From: a virus
Lineage: Duplodnaviria > Caudoviricetes
IMG/VR virus record: IMGVR_UViG_3300021387_000125
Span: 2,762 to 66,761 of that record
Direction: 5' to 3' (one strand)
Length of the DNA: 64,000 nucleotides
Positions 10,419 through 20,316 of this stretch are shown here, in pieces. Both the position numbers and the translations under genes were made by a program. The notes under the pieces are model-generated. The model was not told the DNA's origin, did not search any database, and saw only the letters and a program-made list of their open reading frames with translations. How positions within the stretch are numbered: the first letter of the stretch is position 1; each line of letters starts with the position of its first letter.

Positions 10419-10863
10419 CCGAATATAAACCTCTATATGTAAGTCTCTTACCTAAACTATTTCTTACACCTTGTAAATATCTAAATACAATAGTCTCAAA
10501 TGGATTACCTCTATCGTTAGATGATAGTTTTCCAAATAAGTCTGATGCATCTATAGAGTTGTAGCTAACAGACACTCCGTCGTTAGATTGTGATTTGATA
10601 TATGATATATTTGTACCTTGGTTAGAGCTACCAGCTTCTCCGCCTAGCTCTCTACCAAGCATTAAAGCATCTGCTTGCAGTTTAGCATACTCTATAAGTT
10701 TATACATACATCTTGCTAACTCATCTGGATATTCGGTTTCTTCTTTAAGACGATTGAACGTGTACCAATTTACTATAGTCTCAGCCTCGTATTCAAAATT
10801 ATTAAAGGCGGTTTCTTCTAACGTCCCACCCATATTCTGATATGCTTCATAAGTAAGGTACAT
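10411..10863 (-). CDS. Head-tail adaptor
   Basis: MYLTYE.Y...GG..F...E..A...V...TF.RL and SQSNDGVSVSY motifs; start set to the ATG at 10863 by RBS. Confidence 0.75.
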   Translation of the reverse strand: MYLTYEAYQNMGGTLEETAFNNFEYEAETIVNWYTFNRLKEETEYPDELARCMYKLIEYAKLQADALMLGRELGGEAGSSNQGTNISYIKSQSNDGVSVSYNSIDASDLFGKLSSNDRGNPFETIVFRYLQGVRNSLGKRLTYRGLYSDE

Positions 10864-10885
10864 TGAGTCCACCACCTTTCAATAA

Positions 10886-11119
10886 TTATTTCCTACGTTT
10901 AGATGTTTTCTTAATTGGAGTAGCTACAGTTTCTTCAACTACTTCCTCTTTTATCTCATCTTTGATAATTGGCTCAGCTACAGCTTTAGGCTCAGCAACC
11001 ACTTTTTTAGGTGGTTGCTTTACTTCGCATACTGTATAACCATTAGCTAAGTATCTACCTAATTCGTTCTCTGTAACTCTGATTATTCTATTACCTTTAC
11101 GAACTTTTGTGATTGCCAT
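10886..11119 (-). CDS. Small Lys/Glu-rich protein after the capsid gene
   Basis: 77 aa, GAGG RBS, typical slot after the major capsid gene. Confidence 0.55.
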   Translation of the reverse strand: MAITKVRKGNRIIRVTENELGRYLANGYTVCEVKQPPKKVVAEPKAVAEPIIKDEIKEEVVEETVATPIKKTSKRRK

Positions 11120-11132
11120 ATTACACCTCTAA

Positions 11133-12131
11133 TTAGTTTGTGCCAGTTCCACCACTATTTGATACGTTGAACTGAATAGCATTTGACTTGTTCTCAAGTA
11201 CGAATACATCCTCGAATGACTCTTCATAGTAAACATACTTGCCCTCAGACATAGCTGATGGTGGGTCAAGTTTACTAAATGAGTAGCTAACTGGTGTAAT
11301 AACTGCCATTGGATGAACAAGGAACATACTAATCTGCTGTGCATCATCATCAATAGCATAATCTGTTGTAAATTCGTACAGAGTTTTCATAAGTGTTGAT
11401 GGAACACCGATAACCTGTACTTGGTCAAGTCTATTAACTCTTCTGTCAATAGCGTTTGGACCAGATGTAATATCCATTGAACGAGAAATCTTCTCAGCTT
11501 CTTTAAGGATATAAAGTACTTCAAATGGAACATAAAGAATACGTCCGTTTGCAGGAACTCTACCATTATCCATCTTGAGCATCAGACTATCAAATACTGA
11601 AAGAATGTTTGCTGTAGTAAGAACTGTAGTATCTGCTACGTGTGTTTCTGCTGTGTCTGGGTTCTTCATTGAAGTCCAATCTGCATAAATCTTTGAAATA
11701 CAGTAAGCATCCATCTCTGGGAACTTATGCTCATCATTGAATACCTGAGTAATATTTCCAATAGTTGCTACCATATTTGTTTCATCAATATCTCTAGGAT
11801 GAACAAGTGTAGACCACTTTCTCTGGTTCTCAAGTGTCTTTGGAACCCACTTGTTGCTGTAGTTTCTCTGTGCAAATGCAACTGTATCTCTATCTGCATC
11901 TACACGACCTGTAGTTGAGATTGATGGAATTTCAATAGTCTTACTATTTATCCATCTAAATCTTCCGTTGTTTGGTGTACTATAAAGTGCTCCATAATTA
12001 AGAACATATGGGAAATTCTGCTCAAGTGCTCTCTGATAATCGTCAGCATAATTGAGTGAACCCATAGCTGTTGAACCATCATAGGTTCCAGTTGTACCGT
12101 TATTTGCTGGTGCTACATAACTTGTTGGCAT
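11133..12131 (-). CDS. Major capsid protein
   Basis: 332 aa after scaffold; IEIPSI..G..D..R and PE.DAY motifs of A118/Clostridia-phage capsids. Confidence 0.88.
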   Translation of the reverse strand: MPTSYVAPANNGTTGTYDGSTAMGSLNYADDYQRALEQNFPYVLNYGALYSTPNNGRFRWINSKTIEIPSISTTGRVDADRDTVAFAQRNYSNKWVPKTLENQRKWSTLVHPRDIDETNMVATIGNITQVFNDEHKFPEMDAYCISKIYADWTSMKNPDTAETHVADTTVLTTANILSVFDSLMLKMDNGRVPANGRILYVPFEVLYILKEAEKISRSMDITSGPNAIDRRVNRLDQVQVIGVPSTLMKTLYEFTTDYAIDDDAQQISMFLVHPMAVITPVSYSFSKLDPPSAMSEGKYVYYEESFEDVFVLENKSNAIQFNVSNSGGTGTN

Positions 12132-12145
12132 AATTTTTATCTCCT

Positions 12146-12823
12146 TTACTTATCATTTGGATTTGGTCGGATTGCATTAAAGTGAAATCCGAATGGGTTG
12201 CTATTATCCGAATTTAATTCATTCGGGTTCGATTTATCTGGATTGAGTGAGCTAGAAAACTTTGGCTTTGGTGTTTCTTGTGGCTCTGGTTTTGGCTCTT
12301 CTTTTACAAATGCATCTGCATTGTCTGTTGAATAAGATGTTACAAAATCCTCTGCCCCTAAAATCTTATCACCATCCATTTTAAGCTCTTTGGCAATCAT
12401 AGAACTAATAAAGTCCCTTTTAGCCGCATTACTGGAAAACTTTTGACTATTAGCAAAATCCTTAACTGCAAATTCATAAGCTTGTTTTGAAAGCTGTGCT
12501 TTGTAGTTTTCTGTATCTTGCTTATACTGGTTTTGTAGATTACCTAACTGAGTTTCTAAATCTGTCAGCTTCTCAACATCCGTGCCAGCTTCTTTTAGCT
12601 GAGATTTTAAGTCTTTCAAGTCTTTATCTCTGGACTTAATAGTATCATTAAGCTGTGAGATTTGACTCTCTTTAGTTGAAAGTTCATTCTCAAACTTATC
12701 TTTGCTAACATAGTTGCCCTCGGACAAATCTGCAAATTTGACTCCGTTTTCCTTTGCAAGCTTTTCAAAAGCTTCATACGTTAATGGTTCCTCTGATTTC
12801 TTAAACAGTTCTTCGATTGTCAT
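12146..12823 (-). CDS. Scaffolding protein (GP20-like)
   Basis: YVSKDKF..coiled coil..DG.KI.G motif; start at MTIEE by AAGGAGG RBS. Confidence 0.8.
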   Translation of the reverse strand: MTIEELFKKSEEPLTYEAFEKLAKENGVKFADLSEGNYVSKDKFENELSTKESQISQLNDTIKSRDKDLKDLKSQLKEAGTDVEKLTDLETQLGNLQNQYKQDTENYKAQLSKQAYEFAVKDFANSQKFSSNAAKRDFISSMIAKELKMDGDKILGAEDFVTSYSTDNADAFVKEEPKPEPQETPKPKFSSSLNPDKSNPNELNSDNSNPFGFHFNAIRPNPNDK

Positions 12824-13013
12824 TGTACAATCCTCCTTCATTCATTTATATCTGTTATGTTTAAGCGTCCATTACAGTTTGGACTGAATGGCGTTCTTTT
12901 AACGACTTTTACGCTGGTCAATAAATCTCTAACTACTTGGCGAACGCACCGCCACCAAGTAGCGTGGAGAATAAAAAGAATTGTCATAAAACAACTTCTT
13001 TTAATACATATAC

Positions 13014-13042
13014 ATTATATAACATAATAGTTATTATGTAAA
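13014..13042 (-). promoter_or_regulatory. Sigma-A-like promoter for the scaffold/capsid operon
   Basis: TTTACA-N17-TATAAT; the -35 is embedded in the AGTTTACATAAT motif. Confidence 0.65.
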
Positions 13043-13058
13043 CTACTTTTTATCCATT

Positions 13059-14264
13059 CTAATAAGAAAATCCGCTTACAGATGCACGGTTTCTACGCTT
13101 TGATAAACCGCAATCCTTACTAAACTGATTATACTCTCTATTGAGTTTATGTATTCTAGTTTTATAAAACTCCATAAGTTTTTCATTGTTGGCTGATTTT
13201 GCACTCATATAACCCTCTTTAGCGTATCTAATATCTGTCTCATATCTACGCTGTACTTGGCTACATTCGTACATAGTAAGATGTGTTCCATTCTTCATAG
13301 TATAGCCTTTATTGTTTGCATCTTTTAATTCTTCCAAATCTTCTAAAGACCATACTGGTTTATGTGCATCTATAATAACAGCTTGTGTAAAATGCTTACA
13401 ATTCCATTCTCCAATAGGACGAGCTATACTATCAAATTTATTACCATATGTATCTTCAAAAGGCTCTTCACTCTGTAACTTCTCAAAGTTTTCTAAAGTA
13501 AATATATGTCCTTGTATAGGTTCGTGGTCTGGTGCTGAAAAGCTATGAGCTGAAAGCTCTATACCATCTGCTTTTATTTCACTAGCAATCTGATTTTGTA
13601 CGTGCTGATTTATCTGCTTTATTCCACCTAAGATGTTCATACGAACGGTACTGTCTAATCTTCGTGAATATCCACTTTCCCAATATACACGCCTTATACC
13701 ACTATCATTAAGTTGTTTTAATGTTCTTCTCATAGCTGTATCAAAATCTAACACACCAGTTTGTACAGCTTGAATAGCCTCATCCACAACTGTCTGATAA
13801 GTGTCTTTAATACTGTAGTATTTTAAATTACCACTATTCTTTGCATCTCTTATATAAAAACCAGTTGCTCTTGAATTGGATAAATTCTTAAATGTATCTG
13901 CTGTCTGTTTACCTATAGCGTTTACACTTCTCTGCAACCTAACATTATTTTCATATGGTATCTGTGATTTATGTCTATAATCATAAAATGGCTTTGCACC
14001 CTTATATGTATTTACAGCTACATTCTTTATCATAGACTTTACTTGTGTTTCTTGGATATTAAGTATACTAGAAAGTTTACTATTAATATCCTTAACATCA
14101 CTACCTATTTTATAGAGTTGTTGAAGTTGGTACACATCTGTTTTAGATAGTGTACCTATTTCTCCAACACGCTCTGATATAGTATTAATAACATAGCTTT
14201 CTAAATCAAGCTGTCTATCAACAAATGGTTGTATTAAGTTATCAATATCAATATCACTTAACAT
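13059..14264 (-). CDS. Phage minor capsid protein 2 (head morphogenesis)
   Basis: 401 aa after portal; ELSAH...PDH..IQG and GEWNCKH motifs. Confidence 0.85.
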   Translation of the reverse strand: MLSDIDIDNLIQPFVDRQLDLESYVINTISERVGEIGTLSKTDVYQLQQLYKIGSDVKDINSKLSSILNIQETQVKSMIKNVAVNTYKGAKPFYDYRHKSQIPYENNVRLQRSVNAIGKQTADTFKNLSNSRATGFYIRDAKNSGNLKYYSIKDTYQTVVDEAIQAVQTGVLDFDTAMRRTLKQLNDSGIRRVYWESGYSRRLDSTVRMNILGGIKQINQHVQNQIASEIKADGIELSAHSFSAPDHEPIQGHIFTLENFEKLQSEEPFEDTYGNKFDSIARPIGEWNCKHFTQAVIIDAHKPVWSLEDLEELKDANNKGYTMKNGTHLTMYECSQVQRRYETDIRYAKEGYMSAKSANNEKLMEFYKTRIHKLNREYNQFSKDCGLSKRRNRASVSGFSY

Positions 14265-16066
14265 TATTCATCATTTCCTTGTCTGAATGTATCTGGGCTT
14301 TGCTGTATTGAACTATCAAGCCCTAATTGGTTCATATCCATTTGAGTCATTATATTATCTTCTACTGCAACTCTATTCTCTTCTTGTACTTCCAACAGAG
14401 CCTCACGGGCTTGCTTCTCTGTCTCACCCATATACCACATACGAACTTCTTTCTTACTCATAATACCCTTGTCCATAAGTGTCATACGTTTACCAAGCTC
14501 TGTTTCTACATCTACAAGAATACTATCATCCCACTCAAAAGATGTTTCATATTCCCCCTCTGGTGTAATCTTATACAAATCACAAAGAGCGTTCATTACA
14601 TAGATTAAATCCTCAAGACAGATTTGAATAGCTTGCTGTATCTCTGCATTTGTCTGATAGCTCCTTTGTTTAAGTATTCTAAGCTCGTAGGCTGTTCTTG
14701 CCTCTGCGGCATCAACATCTGAAAGAGTGCCACGAGAAAGACCAGTTACATCTTCTATATGCATAAGAATGGTATTAAGACCATCTATATAACTTGCATC
14801 TCTAAGAGATGGAGCATATTGATTATATGTATCACCCTCTGCTGTTAATTCAACCGGACGATAAAGTCTCTGTTGTAAATGACCCATACCAGATTTAAGT
14901 ACTTGGTTACCTTCACTATCTGTAGTGTAGAACTCTCTAAGAGCATCTCTATCAATATCAATAGCAAGCTCACCACCCTCATATTCCCAAAGAAGTCTAC
15001 TATATTGCATATCTGCGTCTTTGATAAGGCTGATAGCTTTATCAAAACCACTAACTCCAAGCGGGCTATAAATATCAATAGTGTTAGCTTCTGGCATCTT
15101 AAAATATGCAAACATAAGTCTATCAACATCTTCTATAGTAGTAACTGAGTCTATACTTGCCCACTCCGGTACTGTTGTTAATGGTATCTCTTGTCCTAAA
15201 TCAGCACCATCTCCACGAGCTGTAGACTTAAATGCTTTGTTTGTAATAACTACTTGATGATTAGTTAATTTATGATGCTCTAATCTACTATATACTGTAT
15301 CTTTATCAACTTTACGTTGGATAAAAGCCGCCTCTGTTATATCACCACTACTACTAAATGCTAAAGGATAAAAATCACAAGCATATACAAAATCAAAATC
15401 CATATCGTACTTATCTACTTTATCATTAGATACTTCATTCTCAACTACATATGGCTTGATTACAAGACCACCTAAAGCAATTCCATACTCAATCTGTTTA
15501 CGCAATCTGCGTAATATCTTATTCTTATATGTTTTATTAAGGTATTCAGCTCTCTCAGTTGGTCCCTTTGGAATAAGCTCTTTAACAGTAGCTTGTGGGT
15601 GAAACTGTGCTGTATTATATCTACTGTCTTGATTAAAACGCTCTCTGACGTTGCTAGAAGCGTTTTCTTTGCTTTCTGTAGCATTATCTGTATTATTAGT
15701 CGTATCTGTATTAGATTGATTAAAACGCTCTACAATGTTATCGCCGGCTTGTTCTCTAGGTGTATCAACTTCTTTCATAGGTGTAGTGATTTCACTCTCA
15801 AACTCCAAAAGAGCCGTACGTGCCTTTTCACTAGCTATAAGTTGTGGTAAACCTAAAGATGCAACTCTTGATGGATTATCATATGTAGGTTCTCTCAGCC
15901 AAGGAGAATGTCCCTCATACATATCTTCCCATAACTGAATTTTGTCTTGCATTTTAGTTGACATAACTGGTGTTATATGCAACACGCTTTCGATTGATTT
16001 TGTACCTATCATCTTGGAAAAAACCTCCTTTAATTTTGCAAGTATTTGAGAAAAACTAATCATCAT
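14264..16066 (-). CDS. Portal protein (A118/SPP1-like)
   Basis: About 600 aa; FAYFKMP.AN.ID..SPLGVS and F.WDDSI motifs; start moved to MMISF by RBS. Confidence 0.9.
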   Translation of the reverse strand: MMISFSQILAKLKEVFSKMIGTKSIESVLHITPVMSTKMQDKIQLWEDMYEGHSPWLREPTYDNPSRVASLGLPQLIASEKARTALLEFESEITTPMKEVDTPREQAGDNIVERFNQSNTDTTNNTDNATESKENASSNVRERFNQDSRYNTAQFHPQATVKELIPKGPTERAEYLNKTYKNKILRRLRKQIEYGIALGGLVIKPYVVENEVSNDKVDKYDMDFDFVYACDFYPLAFSSSGDITEAAFIQRKVDKDTVYSRLEHHKLTNHQVVITNKAFKSTARGDGADLGQEIPLTTVPEWASIDSVTTIEDVDRLMFAYFKMPEANTIDIYSPLGVSGFDKAISLIKDADMQYSRLLWEYEGGELAIDIDRDALREFYTTDSEGNQVLKSGMGHLQQRLYRPVELTAEGDTYNQYAPSLRDASYIDGLNTILMHIEDVTGLSRGTLSDVDAAEARTAYELRILKQRSYQTNAEIQQAIQICLEDLIYVMNALCDLYKITPEGEYETSFEWDDSILVDVETELGKRMTLMDKGIMSKKEVRMWYMGETEKQAREALLEVQEENRVAVEDNIMTQMDMNQLGLDSSIQQSPDTFRQGNDE

Positions 16067-16703
16067 CTTCCTCCTTATCAATATCATCTATACCGTCTAT
16101 GTGCTTATCTATATCATACTTTATATATCTAACATTACCTGGAAGATAATCAAAAGTATTTGTATATACAAGTATCTCTCGTGGTTCTAATCGTTTTAGC
16201 ATCTCTTCATAACCACGCATACCTGCTTCTATGTGCTCTGCTGACTTACCGCCGCCTACTGCCGATACAGCCACTATGCTGTCTTTTGGATAACCATCAA
16301 AACACCAATCCCAATCTTCTTCTAAACCATATCGTATGAGCGGAATTACAGTAATACCCAATTCTTGCCAATATGCTGAAATCCAATGCATACGATACTT
16401 ATTAAATACTCTGAGTGCTTTTGGAAAGTCTATATAGTATGAGAAATCTGGTGTAATTACAGCATCATAATTTGACATTACATCAGCGTATCTATCCGGA
16501 AAATTCCAAACACACTCAAATTTAAAATCATACTCAAAAAAGTGTACACCAGTTTTCTTTGGTTTATTACGCATACGCTTTGCTTTTTCAAACTCTAACC
16601 ATCTATCTATGTTTGGAAGCTCTCGTACTGGCTGTATCACTGGTATATCATACTCTCCAACTCCAGCATACTCTCGTACCGATGTGTTTAATAATTGTGG
16701 CAT
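16056..16703 (-). CDS. DUF4417-domain protein
   Basis: GVHFF.YD.KFE.VW....TPDFS.Y.D.P.A...N.YR..W...YWQ..GI.VIP motifs. Confidence 0.8.
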   Translation of the reverse strand: MPQLLNTSVREYAGVGEYDIPVIQPVRELPNIDRWLEFEKAKRMRNKPKKTGVHFFEYDFKFECVWNFPDRYADVMSNYDAVITPDFSYYIDFPKALRVFNKYRMHWISAYWQELGITVIPLIRYGLEEDWDWCFDGYPKDSIVAVSAVGGGKSAEHIEAGMRGYEEMLKRLEPREILVYTNTFDYLPGNVRYIKYDIDKHIDGIDDIDKEEDDD

Positions 16704-16909
16704 TATTTCTTCTTATTCCTTCCTCGATTTTCTTGACGATTTCTAGTTAAATCATCATAGCCTTTAGTTTTCTTCAAAGTATTATCACCAGTATTATAAT
16801 TACCTCGTCTATTATCTGGTGAGCTTTTTGCTACATAAGTATGAGAAGTATCTTGTCCTCGCCAAGACTTGTTGCGCCTTGCTTTAATTCCTGTTGCTTT
16901 GTTTGCCAT
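16703..16909 (-). CDS. Small basic protein
   Basis: 68 aa, Arg/Lys-rich, stop codon overlaps the next start. Confidence 0.55.
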   Translation of the reverse strand: MANKATGIKARRNKSWRGQDTSHTYVAKSSPDNRRGNYNTGDNTLKKTKGYDDLTRNRQENRGRNKKK

Positions 16910-16912
16910 AAT

Positions 16913-17524
16913 TTAATTACCTCGTCTATTTCTTAATCTATTCGCACAACTTCTGGAACAAGTAATTGATGGTCTATACTTATTAGTCATAAACTTATTC
17001 CCACAAATTGGACACTCTTTTTCAATATCATCTAATCTATTTTTTCTACGATAGCTAGATTTACAAGCATTACTGCAAAAAGAGTTTCCACCATTCTTAT
17101 AAATTTCACCTACATACTCTTTTCCACAATTAGTACAAATTAGTTTTCGTTTAAATGCTCCGACTTCGTGCATCTGTTTAATTTGTTCGCTATGCCATCT
17201 ACTGCCGTCTTTTGATTTGTGCCACTCTACAGCTTTTGGTCTAGCTGTACGCTCTAAATTTTCTCTTCTCCACTCTCGCTGTTGTTCTGTGAGTAAATCT
17301 GCGTGTATCTTTTTATGTTCGGCTCTAGTAAGAAGCTGTAGATTAGATATATCATTATTGCCTCTATCAAAGTCAATATGATGTACTTCATATCCACTTG
17401 GTATCTTACCATTGTAGTATTCCCAAACATATCTATGCATATACTTACGCAAGCCATTGTGTCGATAATATCCTTTATCTGTGCGTATAAACTTTATTCC
17501 ATCAAACTCTTGATAATCATTCAT
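16913..17524 (-). CDS. HNH homing endonuclease with C-terminal Zn-ribbon repeats
   Basis: MHRYVWE...EVHHIDFDRGNNDISNL (HNH_3 motif); C.NCG..F.CS..C repeats. Confidence 0.85.
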   Translation of the reverse strand: MNDYQEFDGIKFIRTDKGYYRHNGLRKYMHRYVWEYYNGKIPSGYEVHHIDFDRGNNDISNLQLLTRAEHKKIHADLLTEQQREWRRENLERTARPKAVEWHKSKDGSRWHSEQIKQMHEVGAFKRKLICTNCGKEYVGEIYKNGGNSFCSNACKSSYRRKNRLDDIEKECPICGNKFMTNKYRPSITCSRSCANRLRNRRGN

Positions 17525-17584
17525 ATTAACACCTCCAATATGTATTTTAGGTTATTGTACAATACATATCGCATAGTGTCAATC

Positions 17585-18886
17585 TTAGTTTCCTCTTCTA
17601 TTGCAGTATCGCTCTAGGGCGTACCTACAAGCATCAATCGAATGATTGTTTTCGTCTGGATAGTCACTAATAAAGTTACCCTCTCTGTCTTGTAAGTACT
17701 CATAATGAGTAAATTCTTTATAGGTCTTAGGACACATTCGTCTATCTATATAAATATGATTAAGTCCTTGTAGCCATTTGATACCATATCGTACTGAGTC
17801 TGGTCCTTTTACAGCTCCACGTATATATGCCCCATAGGCTTTAAAGTCTGCTACAGATTTCATCTCAGCCGAGTCCGCTGTAACAAGCTCATCACGACTA
17901 ATATATTTCTTCTCGTCATATAATGTCTCAAATACTACTTGGTTTCTCGTCTGCACAGTAGAATATTCCCTAAAGATATATAAATCAAGTTTCTTTGCAT
18001 CAAAATGCATACGCACAAATCTAAATGGGTCACGAGCAAATCCCCAATCTATGCCGTTATAAAGCTTATCAAAAGTCTTATACATCTCTGTATACTGTAT
18101 TATATTGCCGTCAAAGTCATATACTGGCACTTGCTGTTGCATATCCAAATCGCAAGCATTAGGAAATACTCCACCACCAGTACCCACAGCGAGTCCCATA
18201 TACTCGTGCTCATATGCTTTAATATTTATCTTCTTTAGCCACTCAGCCTCTTCAATAAATGGTTGACCTAGCCAAGTAGGTGGAACATCTAAATAGGTAT
18301 TCGACACTACAAGCGTGTCATCTCGTAGAGAAGCCTCATCCGCATATTCATTAGCCCAATTATCAATACTAATAGGTGGGTTGAAAGTACGAAAATCCCA
18401 AAAGAGTTCTCCACCTCTCATAGTAGACTGTAATACTTTACGAAGCTCAGCCTCGCCAGCAAATTGGTCAAGCTCCTCCCACCAAGTAATACCAATATAG
18501 CCTCGCTCTACCTTAATACTCTTCACTTTATTAGGGTCATCCATACCCATAAAGAAAATCTTTTGCCCAGTAGGTTTATATACTATAGGATTAGAGTAAG
18601 TCTTAGGTATATGAAATAAATCTTGTAAGCCCATCTGATAAATACCCCAAGTTACTTGCGAATAAATACTATTCTGCACAGTATTACCTACTTTTCTAAA
18701 GCACACAGCATTAACATCCGGATACTGTATAATAAGTAATGGTACATCAATGCCTCCTACAAAAGAAGATTTAGTAGAGCCACGTCCACCTTTAAGACAA
18801 TAATGGGTATGCTTATGAGACATAATATCCTTAAAAACCTCGTCATAGGCGGGTATTATCAAATCTTTAATCTTTATATCTATCAT
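17585..18886 (-). CDS. terL: Terminase large subunit (PBSX family)
   Basis: KGGRGSTKS Walker A, WWEE Walker B, GIDWG nuclease motif, NNHSIDACRY. Confidence 0.95.
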   Translation of the reverse strand: MIDIKIKDLIIPAYDEVFKDIMSHKHTHYCLKGGRGSTKSSFVGGIDVPLLIIQYPDVNAVCFRKVGNTVQNSIYSQVTWGIYQMGLQDLFHIPKTYSNPIVYKPTGQKIFFMGMDDPNKVKSIKVERGYIGITWWEELDQFAGEAELRKVLQSTMRGGELFWDFRTFNPPISIDNWANEYADEASLRDDTLVVSNTYLDVPPTWLGQPFIEEAEWLKKINIKAYEHEYMGLAVGTGGGVFPNACDLDMQQQVPVYDFDGNIIQYTEMYKTFDKLYNGIDWGFARDPFRFVRMHFDAKKLDLYIFREYSTVQTRNQVVFETLYDEKKYISRDELVTADSAEMKSVADFKAYGAYIRGAVKGPDSVRYGIKWLQGLNHIYIDRRMCPKTYKEFTHYEYLQDREGNFISDYPDENNHSIDACRYALERYCNRRGN

Positions 18887-18939
18887 CTTCTTATTCTCCC
18901 ATAAACATAGTATAACGCATTATGTAAACTAGCGCAAGA

Positions 18940-18955
18940 TGTTTCACGTTAAACA
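18940..18955. promoter_or_regulatory. parS: Degenerate parS-like site
   Basis: TGTTTCACGTTAAACA, one mismatch to TGTTNCACGTGAAACA. Confidence 0.5.
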
Positions 18956-19084
18956 TTCCGACAATACAAGAAATCAAGACTCATAGAAATTTTGACAATA
19001 CAAGAATATAAAATACTTAGAAAAATTGGGGCAATACATTCTTAGAGGGGCTCAGTATTTTTTGAGAGTAAGGGACGGACAGAG

Positions 19085-19123
19085 CAAAAAAATCCCCCCA
19101 CTCATTTTTCCCGAGTGGGGGAT
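19085..19123 (-). terminator. Rho-independent terminator
   Basis: ATCCCCCACTC/GAGTGGGGGAT-type stem followed by a 7-T run on the minus strand. Confidence 0.7.
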
Positions 19124-19134
19124 ATTATGTCAAC

Positions 19135-19545
19135 TTACTGTGCTAGTACTTCAAGCTCGTTGAAAATATATTCGATTATAGTGTCAAGCTCTGCGCTTGT
19201 GTTTGTGTAAATATCCCAGAACATATCCCACTTTTCGTGATATTGCGCACGCTCTTTGTTGTACTTGCTGAGATTTACTCTTGTACAGATATGAAACTTA
19301 TCTTTTGTAGTATAGAATATCTCAAGCAAGTTATTGTTTGTGTTTTCAATCTGTACTGTAAACTTATGTTTTTTGTCGTAGTTCTTATAAGTGATACTGT
19401 CATAGTTTGCGAGTGTCTCAAGAATTCTATTATAGTTCATCTCAAGCTTTTGTTCTTTTGTTAATGTTACAAGATTTGTTGTGTTGTGCTCGATTGCTTT
19501 CTTTCCTACAAGTGTAGCTGTCTCTTTAAAATTTTTCTTTGTCAT
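19135..19545 (-). CDS. Hypothetical protein
   Basis: 136 aa ORF with RBS; no recognisable motif. Confidence 0.65.
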   Translation of the reverse strand: MTKKNFKETATLVGKKAIEHNTTNLVTLTKEQKLEMNYNRILETLANYDSITYKNYDKKHKFTVQIENTNNNLLEIFYTTKDKFHICTRVNLSKYNKERAQYHEKWDMFWDIYTNTSAELDTIIEYIFNELEVLAQ

Positions 19546-19715
19546 AGTCTTTTCTCACTTTCTCTTGTTATAGTCTGTAGTGACTTTATAAAATTTGTTG
19601 TTGTAAAGCTTTGAGTGATTGTTAAAACACTTGCAAGCTCTTCATTTATTTTCTTTGTTGTTGTTAGCTGTGCTATAGCTAATCTATTCAACTGTATATA
19701 TGCTTGTGTGTTCAT
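19542..19715 (-). CDS. Hypothetical 57-aa protein
   Basis: Manual translation MNTQAYIQLNRL...; ATGA overlap with the next gene; directly after a promoter. Confidence 0.55.
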   Translation of the reverse strand: MNTQAYIQLNRLAIAQLTTTKKINEELASVLTITQSFTTTNFIKSLQTITRESEKRL

Positions 19716-19750
19716 ATAATCACCCGCTTTCTTTTGTTTTCTATGTATAC

Positions 19751-19850
19751 ATTATACATCTGGAAATAGTATAAGTATATAATAATGCTGTCATTTATAT
19801 TAAAAATCTGCTATAAAATTCTGTCATTTATATCAATTTTCTGCACTCAT
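19751..19850 (-). promoter_or_regulatory. Promoter with upstream GACAGAA-type repeats
   Basis: TATACT-N17-TATAAT preceded by about four (G/T)GACAG/GCAGAA half-sites. Confidence 0.65.
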
Positions 19851-19854
19851 TTTC

Positions 19855-19919
19855 CCACAGATAATTGATATAAAAGACAGATAATTGATATTGATATTAT
19901 GTAAACTCCCAGCTATAAT
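19855..19919 (+). promoter_or_regulatory. Divergent plus-strand promoter with two 21-bp repeats
   Basis: ACAGATAATTGATA x2 at 21 bp spacing, then TTGATA(19891)-N17-TATAAT(19914). Confidence 0.6.
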
Positions 19920-19973
19920 TATATAATAAAAACTATGTGCAACGTGTTCACGAACACGGGAGAGGAGTATGTT

Positions 19974-20105
19974 ATGAACATATTATGTGAACTATTTTTC
20001 CAGAATTATGTAAACTTGAGATTTTCACATTATGTCAACCAGTCTGGGAGCGGGGTAGAAGGTCCGCTCCCTTATTATATTACACGCACGTGCAACGAAC
20101 TTTAA
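19974..20105 (+). CDS. Putative 43-aa mini-protein (only plausible plus-strand gene)
   Basis: AGAGGAG RBS, ATG at 19974, downstream of the plus-strand promoter; but the ORF is built from repeated DNA motifs. Confidence 0.3.
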   Translation: MNILCELFFQNYVNLRFSHYVNQSGSGVEGPLPYYITRTCNEL

Positions 20106-20112
20106 TGACTTC
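20088..20112 (+). repeat. 25-bp dispersed direct repeat, copy 1
   Basis: ACGTGCAACGAACTTTAATGACTTC; near-identical copies at 25522 and 27571. Confidence 0.8.
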
Positions 20113-20145
20113 GACCAATAGCCAAATTATTTTTGCTTTCTAAAA

Positions 20146-20161
20146 TGTTTCACGTGGAACA
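20146..20161. promoter_or_regulatory. parS: parS site (perfect)
   Basis: TGTTTCACGTGGAACA; reverse complement TGTTCCACGTGAAACA matches the chromosomal parS consensus. Confidence 0.85.
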
Positions 20162-20212
20162 TCTCTATCTTGCACCCCGCTCCAAAATCCAATTCCCTAA
20201 ATACACACATAG

Positions 20213-20228
20213 CGTTTCACGTGGAACA
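20213..20228. promoter_or_regulatory. parS: parS site (15/16)
   Basis: CGTTTCACGTGGAACA. Confidence 0.75.
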
Positions 20229-20316
20229 TTGTCTTGTAATCTTACTATAAATCCCGCTCCCAAATTGCGCTATATATAATAGTAGAAACTCATATGTGTG
20301 GAGCGGTATGCTTGAA

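Noticed and set aside
19945-19956. TGTTCACGAACA as a fifth parS
   Set aside because: Only 12 bp; lacks the central spacing of the 16-bp site
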